Source: Myxococcales bacterium (GTDB lineage Bacteria; Myxococcota_A; UBA9042; JABWCM01; BTVJ01). Taken from it: DNA of 64,000 nucleotides. Of the stretch, positions 40,637 through 50,815 are shown piece after piece; within the stretch, counting starts at the first letter, position 1; each line of letters begins with the position of its first letter. The stretch covers positions 241,221-305,220 of the forward strand of contig BTVJ01000002.1 of NCBI GenBank assembly GCA_045863395.1. Reading direction: 5' to 3'. A program made the position numbers and the translations under genes. The notes beneath the pieces were generated by a model. The model made no database searches. It saw nothing but the letters and a program-made list of their open reading frames with translations, and was not told where the DNA came from.

Positions 40637-41784
40637 CGGTGCTGCGCCTCCAGGGCGCGCCGGAGCGGACCGCGGGGGGCGGTGGCGAGGTCCTGCCCGG
40701 CCGCATGGAGCGCGAGCGCCTCGTGGAAGGCGCGCACCCCGTCGCCCGGCCCGTCGGGGTGGTCCATGATGCCGGTGCCGGCGTTGAGGATCACGTCCTG
40801 CCCCCAGTCGGCACACAGCCGCGGGACCAGGCCCGCGTGGACGCCTGCCGACGGCACCGGGAAGACGCCGGCGGCACCAAGGATGGTGCGCAGGGACACC
40901 TCGTCCTCCCGCGAGAACGGCAGGCTCCCGAGGGTGGTGGGCAGCAGCACTGCGTCCGCCCCTCCAGCCGCCATGAGGGTGCCGAGGACCACCGGGTAGC
41001 CGAGCCCGTGGTCGGGCGGCAGGCAGAGGGCGCCAGAGAAGGCCGGGTGAGCGAAGATGGGCACGCTGATCACCGGGTCGGCGGCCAGCGCCTCCAGGAT
41101 GGGGAAGCCGTAGGTCAGCACGTTGAGCAGGAGCGCGCTCGCCCCCTCGCTGACCAGCATGCGCGCCTTCTCGAGGAGGCGGTCCGCGCGCCCCGTCAGG
41201 TTGACGGCGTACAGCGTGCGCTTGCCGGTCTCCGCCTCCACCTGCTCCAGGACATTGGCGCAGCGGGCGAGGCGCTCGAAGGTCGGCGCGCTCGGCAGGT
41301 CGCCGAGGATCTCGTCGTCCTTGATGATGTCGAGCCCGGCGCGGGCGACCTCACCGGCGATGCTCGCGTGCTCGGCGGCGGACAGCCCGAGGGACGGCTT
41401 GAAGATCGCCATGACCAGCGGCCGCCCCTGCACCCCGGCGACGGCGCGGATGCCGGCGACCCCGAACCGGGGGCGCGTCCCGTAGCCCGGGGGCAGGCGG
41501 AGGCCCACGACCTTCGCAGGCCCCGCCATGGAGTACTTGCCGAGGATCATGGTCAGGAGCGAGGCGACGTCCCCCTCCACGTTGTCGGCCGGGAACGCGA
41601 CGGTGGCGACGGACGGGCCGTCGCCGTGGATCGCGATCACCTCGCCCAGGTGCCCCCGGAGGCGCGCGTCCTGCGCGGCCCAGCGCTCGCTCCACGTCCC
41701 CGCCGTCTGGCCGACCGCGATCACGCTGGCCTGCTTCGCGGCGTCCACCCCCGCCGGGAACCGGTAGTCCACCTCGATGCGCAT
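40633..41784 (-). CDS. mtnW: RuBisCO-like protein (form IV), 2,3-diketo-5-methylthiopentyl-1-P enolase
   Basis: IAVGQTAGTW, GKYSM, IFKPSLG, DIIKDDEIL, HPAFSG, PSAGVH, NAGTGI.DHP; between mtnD and mtnB. Confidence 0.88.
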   Translation of the reverse strand: MRIEVDYRFPAGVDAAKQASVIAVGQTAGTWSERWAAQDARLRGHLGEVIAIHGDGPSVATVAFPADNVEGDVASLLTMILGKYSMAGPAKVVGLRLPPGYGTRPRFGVAGIRAVAGVQGRPLVMAIFKPSLGLSAAEHASIAGEVARAGLDIIKDDEILGDLPSAPTFERLARCANVLEQVEAETGKRTLYAVNLTGRADRLLEKARMLVSEGASALLLNVLTYGFPILEALAADPVISVPIFAHPAFSGALCLPPDHGLGYPVVLGTLMAAGGADAVLLPTTLGSLPFSREDEVSLRTILGAAGVFPVPSAGVHAGLVPRLCADWGQDVILNAGTGIMDHPDGPGDGVRAFHEALALHAAGQDLATAPRGPLRRALEAQHR

Positions 41785-41795
41785 GGCGGGTCCCC

Positions 41796-42338
41796 TCACT
41801 TGCGGAAGGCGATGGGGCGGTCCGTGTACTCGGGAGTCCACCCGCTCGCGTCGACGAAGTAGCGCACGGCCTTGATGCGCCGCGCAGCGGTCAGGTGGAA
41901 CCAGTGCTCCGTGCCCGCGGGGACGTTGACGTACTCCTCCGCGGTGACGGTGACCTCCACCTGGGAGCCGTCCGGGCGCACGAAGCCGAAGACCCCCTCG
42001 CCATCGACGATGTAGCGCACCTCGTCGTCGGCGTGGGTGTGCACCCGGTCGAACTTCGCGAGCATGGCGTCGAGGCCGGGCAGCTCGGGGTGCAGGACGA
42101 CGAGATCCCGCGCGGCGTAGCCCAAGGTCGTCCGGAGCTGCTGGAAGTAGTGATCGAGGCCGGCGAGGACCTGCTCCTTCTCGGCGTCCGCGAGGGCCGG
42201 CCGCGCGAGCAGGGCCCGCAGCTCCGGGTCGTCCCCGACAGGCCAGGTGGACAGTGAGACGCCGAGCGGCGCGAGCTCCGCCGAGATGGTGTCGAGGTCG
42301 GTCACCGCGCGACCGTCCGGGTGTCTGAGCGTTGCCAT
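41796..42338 (-). CDS. mtnD: Acireductone dioxygenase
   Basis: HTHADDEVRY, VPAGTEHWF, IKAVRYF cupin motifs; GGAGG RBS. Confidence 0.9.
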   Translation of the reverse strand: MATLRHPDGRAVTDLDTISAELAPLGVSLSTWPVGDDPELRALLARPALADAEKEQVLAGLDHYFQQLRTTLGYAARDLVVLHPELPGLDAMLAKFDRVHTHADDEVRYIVDGEGVFGFVRPDGSQVEVTVTAEEYVNVPAGTEHWFHLTAARRIKAVRYFVDASGWTPEYTDRPIAFRK

Positions 42339-42411
42339 GGCGTGACCTCCGCGAGCAGGTGCGTCACCCTTCCACACGGCGTCCGGGCGTGTCAAGGAGC
42401 TGGGGGAGGGG

Positions 42412-43104
42412 TCACTCGTCGCGGCTGCCAAGCAGGCCGGAGATCCAGAGGTAATAGAGGAGCTGGGCCACGGCGGCCACGGCGCCGGCCACGTAGGTCA
42501 GGGCCGCGGCGTTGAGCACGGCGGAGACGCCCCGCCCCTCGTCGCCGCGGGTGAAGCCCATGGCCGGCAGCAGCTCCTTTGCGCGGGCGGAGGCGTCGAA
42601 CTCCACCGGGAGGGTGATCAGCACGAAGGCCACGGCCAGGCTGAACGCCAGGATGCCGAGCTTCACCATGCCGAGGGCGCCGACGACGAGGCCGATTATG
42701 ATGATGAACATGGCGATGTTGCTGCCGAAGGCCGCCGCCGGGGCCAGGAAGGACCGCACCTGCATGGGCCAGTACTGGCGTGCGTGCTGGATGGCGTGCC
42801 CCACCTCGTGGGCGGCGACGCCCACCGCGGCGACGGAGGTGGAGTCGTACACGTCGGGGGAGAGCCGCAGCTTGCGGTGAGTGGGGTCGTAGTGGTCGGA
42901 GAGCATGCCTCCGACGCGCTCCACCTCCACGTCGTGGATGCCGGAGCGGCGGAGGATCTCGCGGGCGACGTCGGCGCCGGTCATGCGGCGCATGGTGGGC
43001 ACCTGGCTCCACTTGCGGAACGCGCCCTTGACCCTGAACTGCGCCCACACCCCCAGCGCGCCGGTCAGCAGTGCGATCAAGATGTAGACGGGATCGAAGA
43101 TCAT
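42412..43104 (-). CDS. Membrane neutral zinc metallopeptidase (YugP-like)
   Basis: LSDHYDP, AAHEVGHAIQH, TLPVEFDASARA, AALTYVA. Confidence 0.92.
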   Translation of the reverse strand: MIFDPVYILIALLTGALGVWAQFRVKGAFRKWSQVPTMRRMTGADVAREILRRSGIHDVEVERVGGMLSDHYDPTHRKLRLSPDVYDSTSVAAVGVAAHEVGHAIQHARQYWPMQVRSFLAPAAAFGSNIAMFIIIIGLVVGALGMVKLGILAFSLAVAFVLITLPVEFDASARAKELLPAMGFTRGDEGRGVSAVLNAAALTYVAGAVAAVAQLLYYLWISGLLGSRDE

Positions 43105-43296
43105 GGTGTCAAACTCCTTCCGGCATCTGTAGGATCGGCCCCGGGACCACTACGACCACGTGCAGTCCGTCGGGGCCGCGCAAGTCCGTGGGCGAAGTCA
43201 GGGCGGCCCCTGGACCTGTCAACGGGCCGCCCCCCGTGGTGTAGAGCGCGGCAGCGGAACGCTTGATTCCCGGCGCCCGGCCTGAGCGGAGCGGAG

Positions 43297-46200
43297 ATGG
43301 AGCGGAGTCGGACTTGGGTTCACGGGTTGGTGGCCTTGCTGGCACTTCTGGGCTGCGAAGGACCGGGCGCGGAGGGGGGCGCGGACGCCGTGGTCGCGGA
43401 GGTCGCAGGCGGCGGGGACGGCGGCGCCGGTGACGTGGCGGACGCTGGAGCTGCTGGCGATGCTGGCGATGCTGGGAACACTGCGGACGCTGGGGACGGG
43501 GTGCCGGACGCCGCGGGCGGAGACCCCTGCGACTCATGCCCCGCCGGGACGGCGTGCGCCGAGGGGCCGTCCGGGCGCACGTGCGTCAAGGTCGCCGAGC
43601 TGTCGTGCGCGGAGTGCGACGACGACGCGGGGTGCGCCGCCGTCGGCGCAGTGTGCACGGACGAGGGGCGCTGCGCCCTCCCGTGCGGGGCTGGCTGCCC
43701 TGCGGGGCTCGTGTGCCGCCCGGTCGGCGACGGGGAGGCCTGCCTGCCACCGAGCCTGACATGCTCGTGCGTCACGGAGAACGCGGGAGCGACCCGACCA
43801 TGCCAGCGCACGACGGCCCACGGCACCTGTGAGGGCGTCGAGACGTGCAGCCCCGGCGCCGGGTGGGGCGGGTGCGACGCGCCGTCGGCACAGCCCGAGC
43901 AGTGCAACGGGCTCGACGACGACTGCGATGGTGCGACCGACGACGTGGCGTCGCGTCCCTGCGTGCGGGCTGCGGCCCTCGGCGCCTGCCCGGGCACGGA
44001 GACGTGCGCGGGTGGGCAGTGGAGCTGCGACGCGCCCGAGGCGTCCGTGGAGGTGTGCAACGGCAAGGACGACGACTGCGATGGGGTGGTCGACGACGAC
44101 TTCCCGCAGTTGGGGAAGCCCTGCGACGGCCCGGACGAGGACGCGTGCCCGCTCGGAGTGTGGGTGTGCGGTGCGACCGGCGTCGTGTGCATCGACGACG
44201 CCCCGCAAGAGGAGCTGTGCAACGGCAAGGACGACGACTGCGACGGGGAGACGGACGAGGGCTTTGGCGAGGTTGGGGCGCCCTGCGACGGCTTCGACGA
44301 GGACGCCTGCGCGAACGGGGTCTGGACCTGCCTTCCGACGGGGCTCGCTGCGGCATGCGTGGGCGACGCGCCGGTGGTCGAGGTGTGCAACGGAAAGGAC
44401 GACGACTGTGACGGATCGGTGGACGAGGGCTTCGCGGACACGGACGGGGACGGCGTCGCGAACTGCGTAGACCCGGACGACGACGGAGATGGGGACCCGG
44501 ACGTGACGGACTGTGCGCCGGGGGATGCGGGGATTCACCACGGCGCCACGGAGCTGTGCGACGGCGGGGACCAGGACTGCGACGGGGTCGCGGACAACGG
44601 ATACAAGGACACGGACGGGGACGGGGTGGCGGACTGCGTCGACGGTGACGACGACGGGGATGGCGTCCTCGACACGGACGACAACTGCCCCCTCGTGAAG
44701 AACCCGAAGCAGGAGGACTGGGACCTGGACGGCATGGGGGACGCCTGCGACCCGGACGACGACAACGACGGCATCCTCGACGCGGACGACACCTGCCCGT
44801 TCTTCCCGTCGCCCGACCAGACGGACACGGATGGGGATGGGTTCGGCGATGCCTGCGACCTCGACGACGACGGAGACGGCGTGCCCGACGTGGCAGACTG
44901 CGAGCCAACGAACGGGGCCATCTACCAAGGAGCGCCGGAGCTGTGCAACGGGATGGACGACGACTGCGACGGCGCGGTGGACGAGGGCCACGCGGACGCG
45001 GACGGCGACGGAGTGGCGGACTGCATCGACGGGGACGCCGACGGCGATGGTGTCCCGAACGATGCCGATTGCGCGCCGCTGGACCCGACGCGGCACCACC
45101 TGGCCATGGAGCTGTGCAACGGAGTGGATGACGACTGCGACGAGGCGGTCGACGAGGGGTTTGCTGACGTGGACGGCGATGGCGCAGCAGACTGCGTGGA
45201 CCCGGACGCCGATGGCGATGGAGACCCGGACGAGAGCGACTGTGACCCCCTGGACCCGACGCTGCACCACAACGCCGGGGAGATCTGCGACGGTGTCGAT
45301 CAGGACTGCGATGGCTCGGTGGACGAGGGCTTCGCAGACACCGACGGGGACGGGGTGGCGGACTGCATCGACGACGACGACGACGGCGACGGGGTGCCCG
45401 ACGTCTTCGACAACTGCCCGCTGGCAGCGAATCAGTGGCAGCAGGACCTGGATGGCGACGGGGTGGGGGACGCGTGCGATTCGGACGTGGACGGGGACGG
45501 CGACCTGAATGGCTCGGACTGCGCGCCCGAGGTGGCGGCCATCTGGAGCGGCGCGGTGGAGAAGTGCAACGGGTGGGACGACGACTGCGACGGCCTCGTG
45601 GACGAGGAGGGGGCCGCCGGCTGCGTGGATCGGGCCATCGACGCGGACTCGGATGGCTGGGGAGCGGGCGCCCCGAAGTGCCTGTGTGCTGCGGTTGGCC
45701 CCTACACGGCCACCAAGCTCGGTGACTGTGACGATGGCGCTGCGACCACCCACCCGGGTGCCCCAGAGGTGTGCAACGGCGTGGACGACGACTGCGACGG
45801 CGCCACGGATGAGCCGGGAGCCGTCGGCTGCAAGGCCCTCTGGACGGACGCGGACGGCGACGGCTGGGGTACGGGGGCCTCGCAGTGCCGGTGCGGTCCG
45901 GCGGGCCTCGTGAAGGCGACCAAGCCAGGAGACTGCAACGACCTGAACGCGAGCATCCACCCGCTGGCCCAGGAGACGTGCAACGGCGCGGACGACGACT
46001 GCGACGGCGCCGTGGACGAGGCCGGCGCGTCAGGGTGCGTCGCGCTCTTCGAGGACGGTGATGGCGATGGGTGGGGCAAGCCCGGCACCTCGCAGTGCCT
46101 GTGCAAGCCGACGGGAGTCCACAAGGTGGCCAAGGGCGGCGACTGCGACGACGGGAGCGCCGCGGTGAGCCCAGGCGCCGTCGAGGTCTGCAACGGCAAG

Positions 46201-48342
46201 GACGACGACTGTGACGGCGCCGTGGACGAGCCGGGTTCGAGTGGGTGCGCGACCCTGTACCGGGACAGGGACGGCGACGAGTGGGGCTCGGGCGCGCAGG
46301 TCAAGTGTCTGTGCGGTGCCATCGGAGACTACACCGCACTCAAGGGGGGCGACTGCAACGACCTGATTGCGGCGATCAATCCCGCTGCGGCCGAGGCGTG
46401 CAATGGCGTGGACGACGACTGCGACGGTCTGGTGGACGAGCAGGGGGCCACGGGCTGCACGGTGTTCTTCACGGACGTGGACCAGGACGGGTGGGGCCTC
46501 GATGGGTCGGGCAAGTGCCTGTGCTCCCCGTCGGGCAAGTCGACGGCGACGATGGCGGGAGACTGCAACGACACGGTGCCGAGCATCCACCCCGGAGGCA
46601 CCGAGGTGTGCAACCTGGCCGACGACGACTGCGACGGCCAGATCGACGAGGAGGCGGCGAGCGAGTGCGCGCCCTTCTACCGTGACGTGGACGAGGACGG
46701 CTGGGGCCAGAGCGGGGACAGCAAGTGCCTGTGCGGCGGAGATGGACAGTACACCGCGCTGGCGGCCGGTGACTGCAACGACGGCGACGCGGCGGTGAAT
46801 CCGGGCGCGGACGAAGCATGCAACGGCGTGGACGACGACTGCAGCGGAGGGGTGGACGAGCAGGACGCCCTCGGGTGCAAGCTGTGGTATCGAGACGACG
46901 ACGGGGACGGCTTCGGGGTGGCGCTGAGCCTGTGCCTGTGCGCAGCGTCGACGCCGTATACGGCGGCCTCGGGCACGGACTGCGACGACGAGGACGCCGC
47001 GGTGAACCCCGGGGCGGCGGAGGTCTGCAATGGGGTGGACGACGACTGTGACACGGACGTGGACGAGGAGGGGGCGAGCGGGTGCGAGACGCGATACGGG
47101 GACGCGGACGGGGATGGGTGGGGCGTCACCACGGACTCTCGATGTCTGTGTGCTGACGACGGGATCTACGATACGCAGGTCGGGGGAGACTGTGACGACG
47201 TCGCCCCGCAGGTGAACCCCGGCGCCACGGAGATCTGCGGCGGGGCAGACGAGGACTGTGACGGTGAGACGGACGAGGAGGGAGCCCAGGGGTGCAGCCT
47301 CTGGTATCGGGATGGCGACGGGGACTCGTGGGGTGGCGCCGAGGCCCCCCGCTGCCTCTGCGCAGCCAAGGGTGAGTGGGCGGCCACGGTGGACGGCGAC
47401 TGTGACGACGAGGAGCCTGCGGTCAATCCGGGTGCCACGGAGGTATGCAGCGGCGTCGACGACGACTGCGACGGCTTGGTCGACCCCGAAGGCGCGCAGG
47501 GCTGCGCCGACTGGTATCTCGACGTCGATGGAGACACGTGGGGCGCGGACGACGAGCGGTGTCTTTGTGGGGCGTCGGGTGAGTACAGCGCGACCGTGGC
47601 CGGAGACTGCGACGACCTGGAGGAGCTGGTGAACCCGGAGGCCGCGGAGGTCTGCAATGGCGTGGACGACGACTGCGATGGCGTCACCGATCCCGAGGGC
47701 GCGGGCGGGTGCGCGATGTGGCTCAAGGACGCGGACGCCGATGATTGGGGGCTGACGGACGACGGAAAGTGCCTGTGCGCCGCGACTGCGCCCTACACGG
47801 CGGCGGTTGGCGGCGACTGCGACGATGAGGTTGCGACCACGAACCCGGAAGCCGTCGAGGCCTGCGGCGGCGGCGACGAGGACTGCGATGGCCAGGTGGA
47901 CGAGGGAGCAGCGGAGGGCTGCACCGACTGGTTCGCGGACAAGGACGAGGACACCTACGGGGTAGACGGGACCGAGGTCTGCGCCTGTGGCCCGTCGGGA
48001 CACGAGACGGCTACGGTGGGCGGAGACTGCGATGACAGCAAGCCGCAGATCCATCCGGGCGCGCCCGAGGTGTGCAATGGCAAGGACGACAACTGCAACG
48101 GGCTCATCGATGAGGGCCCAGCCCAGGGCTGCACGGTCTGGTTCGCCGACATGGACAACGACGGATTCGGGCTCAATGGCTCCGAGCTCTGCGCATGTGG
48201 TCCGAATGGCGACCACACGGCGACGAAGGGGGGGGACTGCGACGACGGCAAGGACTGGGTCCACCCGGGGCTGCCGGAAGTGTGTGGCAATCTCGTGGAC
48301 GACAACTGCAACCAGCAGACCGATGAGGACTGCGGGCCCTGA
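43297..48342 (+). CDS. Giant lipoprotein of MopE-type and thrombospondin-3-like Asp/Cys repeats
   Basis: Lipobox LLGC; many E.CNG.DDDCDG..DE units; DTDGDGV.D..DNCP...NP.Q.D.D repeats. Confidence 0.9.
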   Translation: MERSRTWVHGLVALLALLGCEGPGAEGGADAVVAEVAGGGDGGAGDVADAGAAGDAGDAGNTADAGDGVPDAAGGDPCDSCPAGTACAEGPSGRTCVKVAELSCAECDDDAGCAAVGAVCTDEGRCALPCGAGCPAGLVCRPVGDGEACLPPSLTCSCVTENAGATRPCQRTTAHGTCEGVETCSPGAGWGGCDAPSAQPEQCNGLDDDCDGATDDVASRPCVRAAALGACPGTETCAGGQWSCDAPEASVEVCNGKDDDCDGVVDDDFPQLGKPCDGPDEDACPLGVWVCGATGVVCIDDAPQEELCNGKDDDCDGETDEGFGEVGAPCDGFDEDACANGVWTCLPTGLAAACVGDAPVVEVCNGKDDDCDGSVDEGFADTDGDGVANCVDPDDDGDGDPDVTDCAPGDAGIHHGATELCDGGDQDCDGVADNGYKDTDGDGVADCVDGDDDGDGVLDTDDNCPLVKNPKQEDWDLDGMGDACDPDDDNDGILDADDTCPFFPSPDQTDTDGDGFGDACDLDDDGDGVPDVADCEPTNGAIYQGAPELCNGMDDDCDGAVDEGHADADGDGVADCIDGDADGDGVPNDADCAPLDPTRHHLAMELCNGVDDDCDEAVDEGFADVDGDGAADCVDPDADGDGDPDESDCDPLDPTLHHNAGEICDGVDQDCDGSVDEGFADTDGDGVADCIDDDDDGDGVPDVFDNCPLAANQWQQDLDGDGVGDACDSDVDGDGDLNGSDCAPEVAAIWSGAVEKCNGWDDDCDGLVDEEGAAGCVDRAIDADSDGWGAGAPKCLCAAVGPYTATKLGDCDDGAATTHPGAPEVCNGVDDDCDGATDEPGAVGCKALWTDADGDGWGTGASQCRCGPAGLVKATKPGDCNDLNASIHPLAQETCNGADDDCDGAVDEAGASGCVALFEDGDGDGWGKPGTSQCLCKPTGVHKVAKGGDCDDGSAAVSPGAVEVCNGKDDDCDGAVDEPGSSGCATLYRDRDGDEWGSGAQVKCLCGAIGDYTALKGGDCNDLIAAINPAAAEACNGVDDDCDGLVDEQGATGCTVFFTDVDQDGWGLDGSGKCLCSPSGKSTATMAGDCNDTVPSIHPGGTEVCNLADDDCDGQIDEEAASECAPFYRDVDEDGWGQSGDSKCLCGGDGQYTALAAGDCNDGDAAVNPGADEACNGVDDDCSGGVDEQDALGCKLWYRDDDGDGFGVALSLCLCAASTPYTAASGTDCDDEDAAVNPGAAEVCNGVDDDCDTDVDEEGASGCETRYGDADGDGWGVTTDSRCLCADDGIYDTQVGGDCDDVAPQVNPGATEICGGADEDCDGETDEEGAQGCSLWYRDGDGDSWGGAEAPRCLCAAKGEWAATVDGDCDDEEPAVNPGATEVCSGVDDDCDGLVDPEGAQGCADWYLDVDGDTWGADDERCLCGASGEYSATVAGDCDDLEELVNPEAAEVCNGVDDDCDGVTDPEGAGGCAMWLKDADADDWGLTDDGKCLCAATAPYTAAVGGDCDDEVATTNPEAVEACGGGDEDCDGQVDEGAAEGCTDWFADKDEDTYGVDGTEVCACGPSGHETATVGGDCDDSKPQIHPGAPEVCNGKDDNCNGLIDEGPAQGCTVWFADMDNDGFGLNGSELCACGPNGDHTATKGGDCDDGKDWVHPGLPEVCGNLVDDNCNQQTDEDCGP

Positions 48343-48377
48343 TGCCCGTGGTGCGGCGGAGGTCGAGAGATGGGCGG

Positions 48378-49229
48378 ATGAGGCGGAGACACTGGGTGCT
48401 GGTCGCGGGGGCGCTGGCGGCGTGCGCGGGGGACGGCGCGAGCGGCGGCGCAGGAGGCGGGGACGCGGCAGACTCCGCGCTCGCTGGGTCCAACGACGCC
48501 GGGGCGCCGGGGCCAGACGTTCCGGGCGACGGAGGCCCAGCGGTTTTCGCCGATGGGAGCTTGGACGGCGGCGCGTCTGGCGACACGGACGGCGCAACCA
48601 CGCATGTGGACGTGGCAGGCGACGTGGCCGACGGACTCCCGTGGGCCGACGCCGTCGCCGCGGACGTCAGCGGCAGGACCCACGGGGGTGACACCGGCGA
48701 CGCCACGTCCGCCGACGCTGCTCCAAAGACCTGGGTGATCCCCCCGGGCCTCCACGGCCAGCCCGCACCGGAGCCGCTCCCGCTCCCGGTGGTGACGGCG
48801 GTGGTGGACACCTCCAACCAGCCCGTGGACACGGCGGTCCTCCTCGGCCAGTGGACCGTCATGTGGTTCTACCCGGCGGCCTCCACCTTCGGGTGAACTG
48901 CCGAGGGTTGCGGGTTCCGCGACCACTACGAAGAGCTCCAGGCCCTCGGCGCAGGGGTGGTGGGCGTCAGCTTCGACCACCCGGCGGCCAACAAGCTCTT
49001 CCGGACCAACGAGGGCTTCCAGTACCCGCTCTGGAGCGACACGAAGCGAGAGCTGGCCCTCGCCTACGGCGCGGCCAAGACCCCGAGCCAGCCGGCGGCG
49101 AAGCGGGTGACGGTCATCCTCGACCCGAGCGGCACCTGGGCCCTGGTGTACCCGAACGTGGACGCCACCCTGTTTGACCACGTCACCCACGTCCTCGAGG
49201 ACATGGCGGCCATCGCGGCGGCCAACTGA
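48378..49229 (+). CDS. Lipoprotein peroxiredoxin (BCP/PrxQ-like) with selenocysteine at TGA 48894-48896
   Basis: ORFs 48342-48896 and 48957-49229 share a frame, split by one TGA: WFYPAASTFG-(TGA)-TAEGCGFRD...VVGVSFD...FQYPLWSD; lipobox LAAC. Confidence 0.85.
48906..48924 (+). promoter_or_regulatory. Putative bacterial SECIS hairpin
   Basis: GGTTGCG-GGTTC-CGCGACC stem-loop starting 9 nt after the in-frame TGA, with a G-containing apical loop. Confidence 0.7.
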
Positions 49230-49360
49230 GGCGACCCTCGGGGCGCAGGGCCATGGGGAGCGGTAGCGGCGCCTGGAGGCCTCAAGCAGGTTGACGGCGG
49301 CTCGCGCAGTGTGCACTACTCACGGCGAGCGACCAACCCTGCCACCAGAGGGGAAGCAAA

Positions 49361-50815
49361 GTGGCGAGCTACCTCTACCGCTATGAAGCGCGGGGAATCC
49401 AGCGGTGGATCCTTGCGACAGACGTCCTTCGAGACCTGAAGGGCGGAAGCGAGTGCGTCGAGCGCCTCGGAGAGCGTGCAGAGGCGCTCCTTGGAACGCT
49501 TGGCTGCGATGTGGAGCGACAGGTGACGACCGCGGGGGTTGGCCAGTATATTTTCCCCGCGTTCGAGCCATTGGCCCGGTTTTCTGCCCTCTGGCCCCTG
49601 GTGGTCGCCGTCGAAGCGCCGGGCCTGGAGCTGTCTCAGGCTTGGGTGGCCCTCTCGGGGAGCGGGCCGGCGGATGAGCAAGCCTACGGCGAGCTGGCTC
49701 GGCGCCTTGGAGTGGCTCCCCGAGGTGGGGACGTGCAGGTACCCGAAGCAGGGCCGCTGTCGGCCCGCTGCGGGCGGACGGGTATGCCGGCCGTCGGCTC
49801 GGAGCCTGTCGGCCCGTCGGCGCCCGAGCTGGTGGACGCCCCCACCGCGCGCAAGCGAAGGGAGTCGGGTGGCAAGCGTTTGGAAAAGCGCCTCTTCGGG
49901 GACCGGGCGCCTGTGATGGACGACGACCTCGATGGCTGGGGAGCGTCCGTCCTTGGAGTGGTCCACGCGGACGGGAACAACGTCGGGGAGGCGTTCCGCA
50001 CCGTTGCCGGGGGCAGGCGGAAGGAGGCATCGGACCAGTTGAGTCTTGCCACGGCGCGCGCCGTCGCGGGGGCTGTTCAGGACTTGCGTGACCGCGAGGG
50101 GACTCGGAGGCGGGGCCTCCGCGTGCGGCTCGTCGTGGTCGGCGGAGACGATGTGACCGCCATCGTGCCCGGCGAGCACGCGATCCCGTTCGCCGCGGCC
50201 TACCTGCGCCACTTCGAGGAAGCCGCGAGATCTGTCTTCGCCGCACCCCTGACCGCGGCGGCAGGGGTGGCGCTGGTCAAGACCCACTTCCCGTTCCACA
50301 TGGCCTATGGGCTCGCAGAGGAGCTGTGCGCCGAGGTGAAGGCTGCGTTCGGGCGGGGGGCGACTCCCCGGACCGCGTTGGCTTTTCACCGCGTGACCAC
50401 AGCGCAGCTCGACCCGTGGGATGACATCTCCGACCGGCTCGTCGCCAAGACGGGTGCGCGGCTCACCCGGCCAGCCTACTCGCTCGACGAGCTCCGTGAC
50501 CTGGACGAGCTGACGGCACTGTTCGACGGCGTGGTTGGCGAAGAGCGTGACGAGCGCCAGCGACTGCCGCGGGGTGCCGTGCGGGAGTGGCTGCGCCTGG
50601 CGGCGAACGACGCCGACCGGGCGGGTGGCCGCTGGAGACGGCTCTGCGAGGTCACGGGTGATGCGGTCCACGGCGCGCTGAGGGGGCGCCTGGAGGCGCT
50701 GGGCGCCGCGGTGGAGACCGGGCTCGGGAGGAGGGCCACCCCCGTGGGCGACGCGCTCTCGTGGGCCATGGTGCAGCGCCTGCGGCAGGGCGAGACGAGG
50801 AGGCTGTGGACATGA
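49361..50815 (+). CDS. cas10: Type III-D Cas10 (no HD domain, Palm GGDD intact)
   Basis: GIQRWILAT..LRDLKGGS, VVHADGNNVG, VVVGGDDV, AGVALVK.HFPF..AY.LAEEL; 484 aa. Confidence 0.92.
   Translation: MASYLYRYEARGIQRWILATDVLRDLKGGSECVERLGERAEALLGTLGCDVERQVTTAGVGQYIFPAFEPLARFSALWPLVVAVEAPGLELSQAWVALSGSGPADEQAYGELARRLGVAPRGGDVQVPEAGPLSARCGRTGMPAVGSEPVGPSAPELVDAPTARKRRESGGKRLEKRLFGDRAPVMDDDLDGWGASVLGVVHADGNNVGEAFRTVAGGRRKEASDQLSLATARAVAGAVQDLRDREGTRRRGLRVRLVVVGGDDVTAIVPGEHAIPFAAAYLRHFEEAARSVFAAPLTAAAGVALVKTHFPFHMAYGLAEELCAEVKAAFGRGATPRTALAFHRVTTAQLDPWDDISDRLVAKTGARLTRPAYSLDELRDLDELTALFDGVVGEERDERQRLPRGAVREWLRLAANDADRAGGRWRRLCEVTGDAVHGALRGRLEALGAAVETGLGRRATPVGDALSWAMVQRLRQGETRRLWT

Noticed and set aside
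40633..41784. Carbon-fixing RuBisCO
   Set aside because: Short form IV-type sequence between mtnB and mtnD, with no Calvin-cycle genes nearby.
43201..43232. 9-bp inverted repeat GGGCGGCCC/GGGCCGCCC between divergent genes
   Set aside because: Pure G/C arms are likely by chance at this base composition.
43297..48342. Periodic DNA repeats that could look like a CRISPR array next to the cas genes
   Set aside because: They are in-frame, synonymously varying protein repeats, not identical repeats with unique spacers.
48894..48896. Peroxiredoxin pseudogene or two separate genes
   Set aside because: The stop is TGA at the catalytic codon, a SECIS-like hairpin follows, and there are no other lesions.
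49291..49320. TTGACG as a cas10 promoter; similar -35-like hexamers at 17406, 42390 and 43217
   Set aside because: No convincing -10 element at proper spacing; too weak to call.
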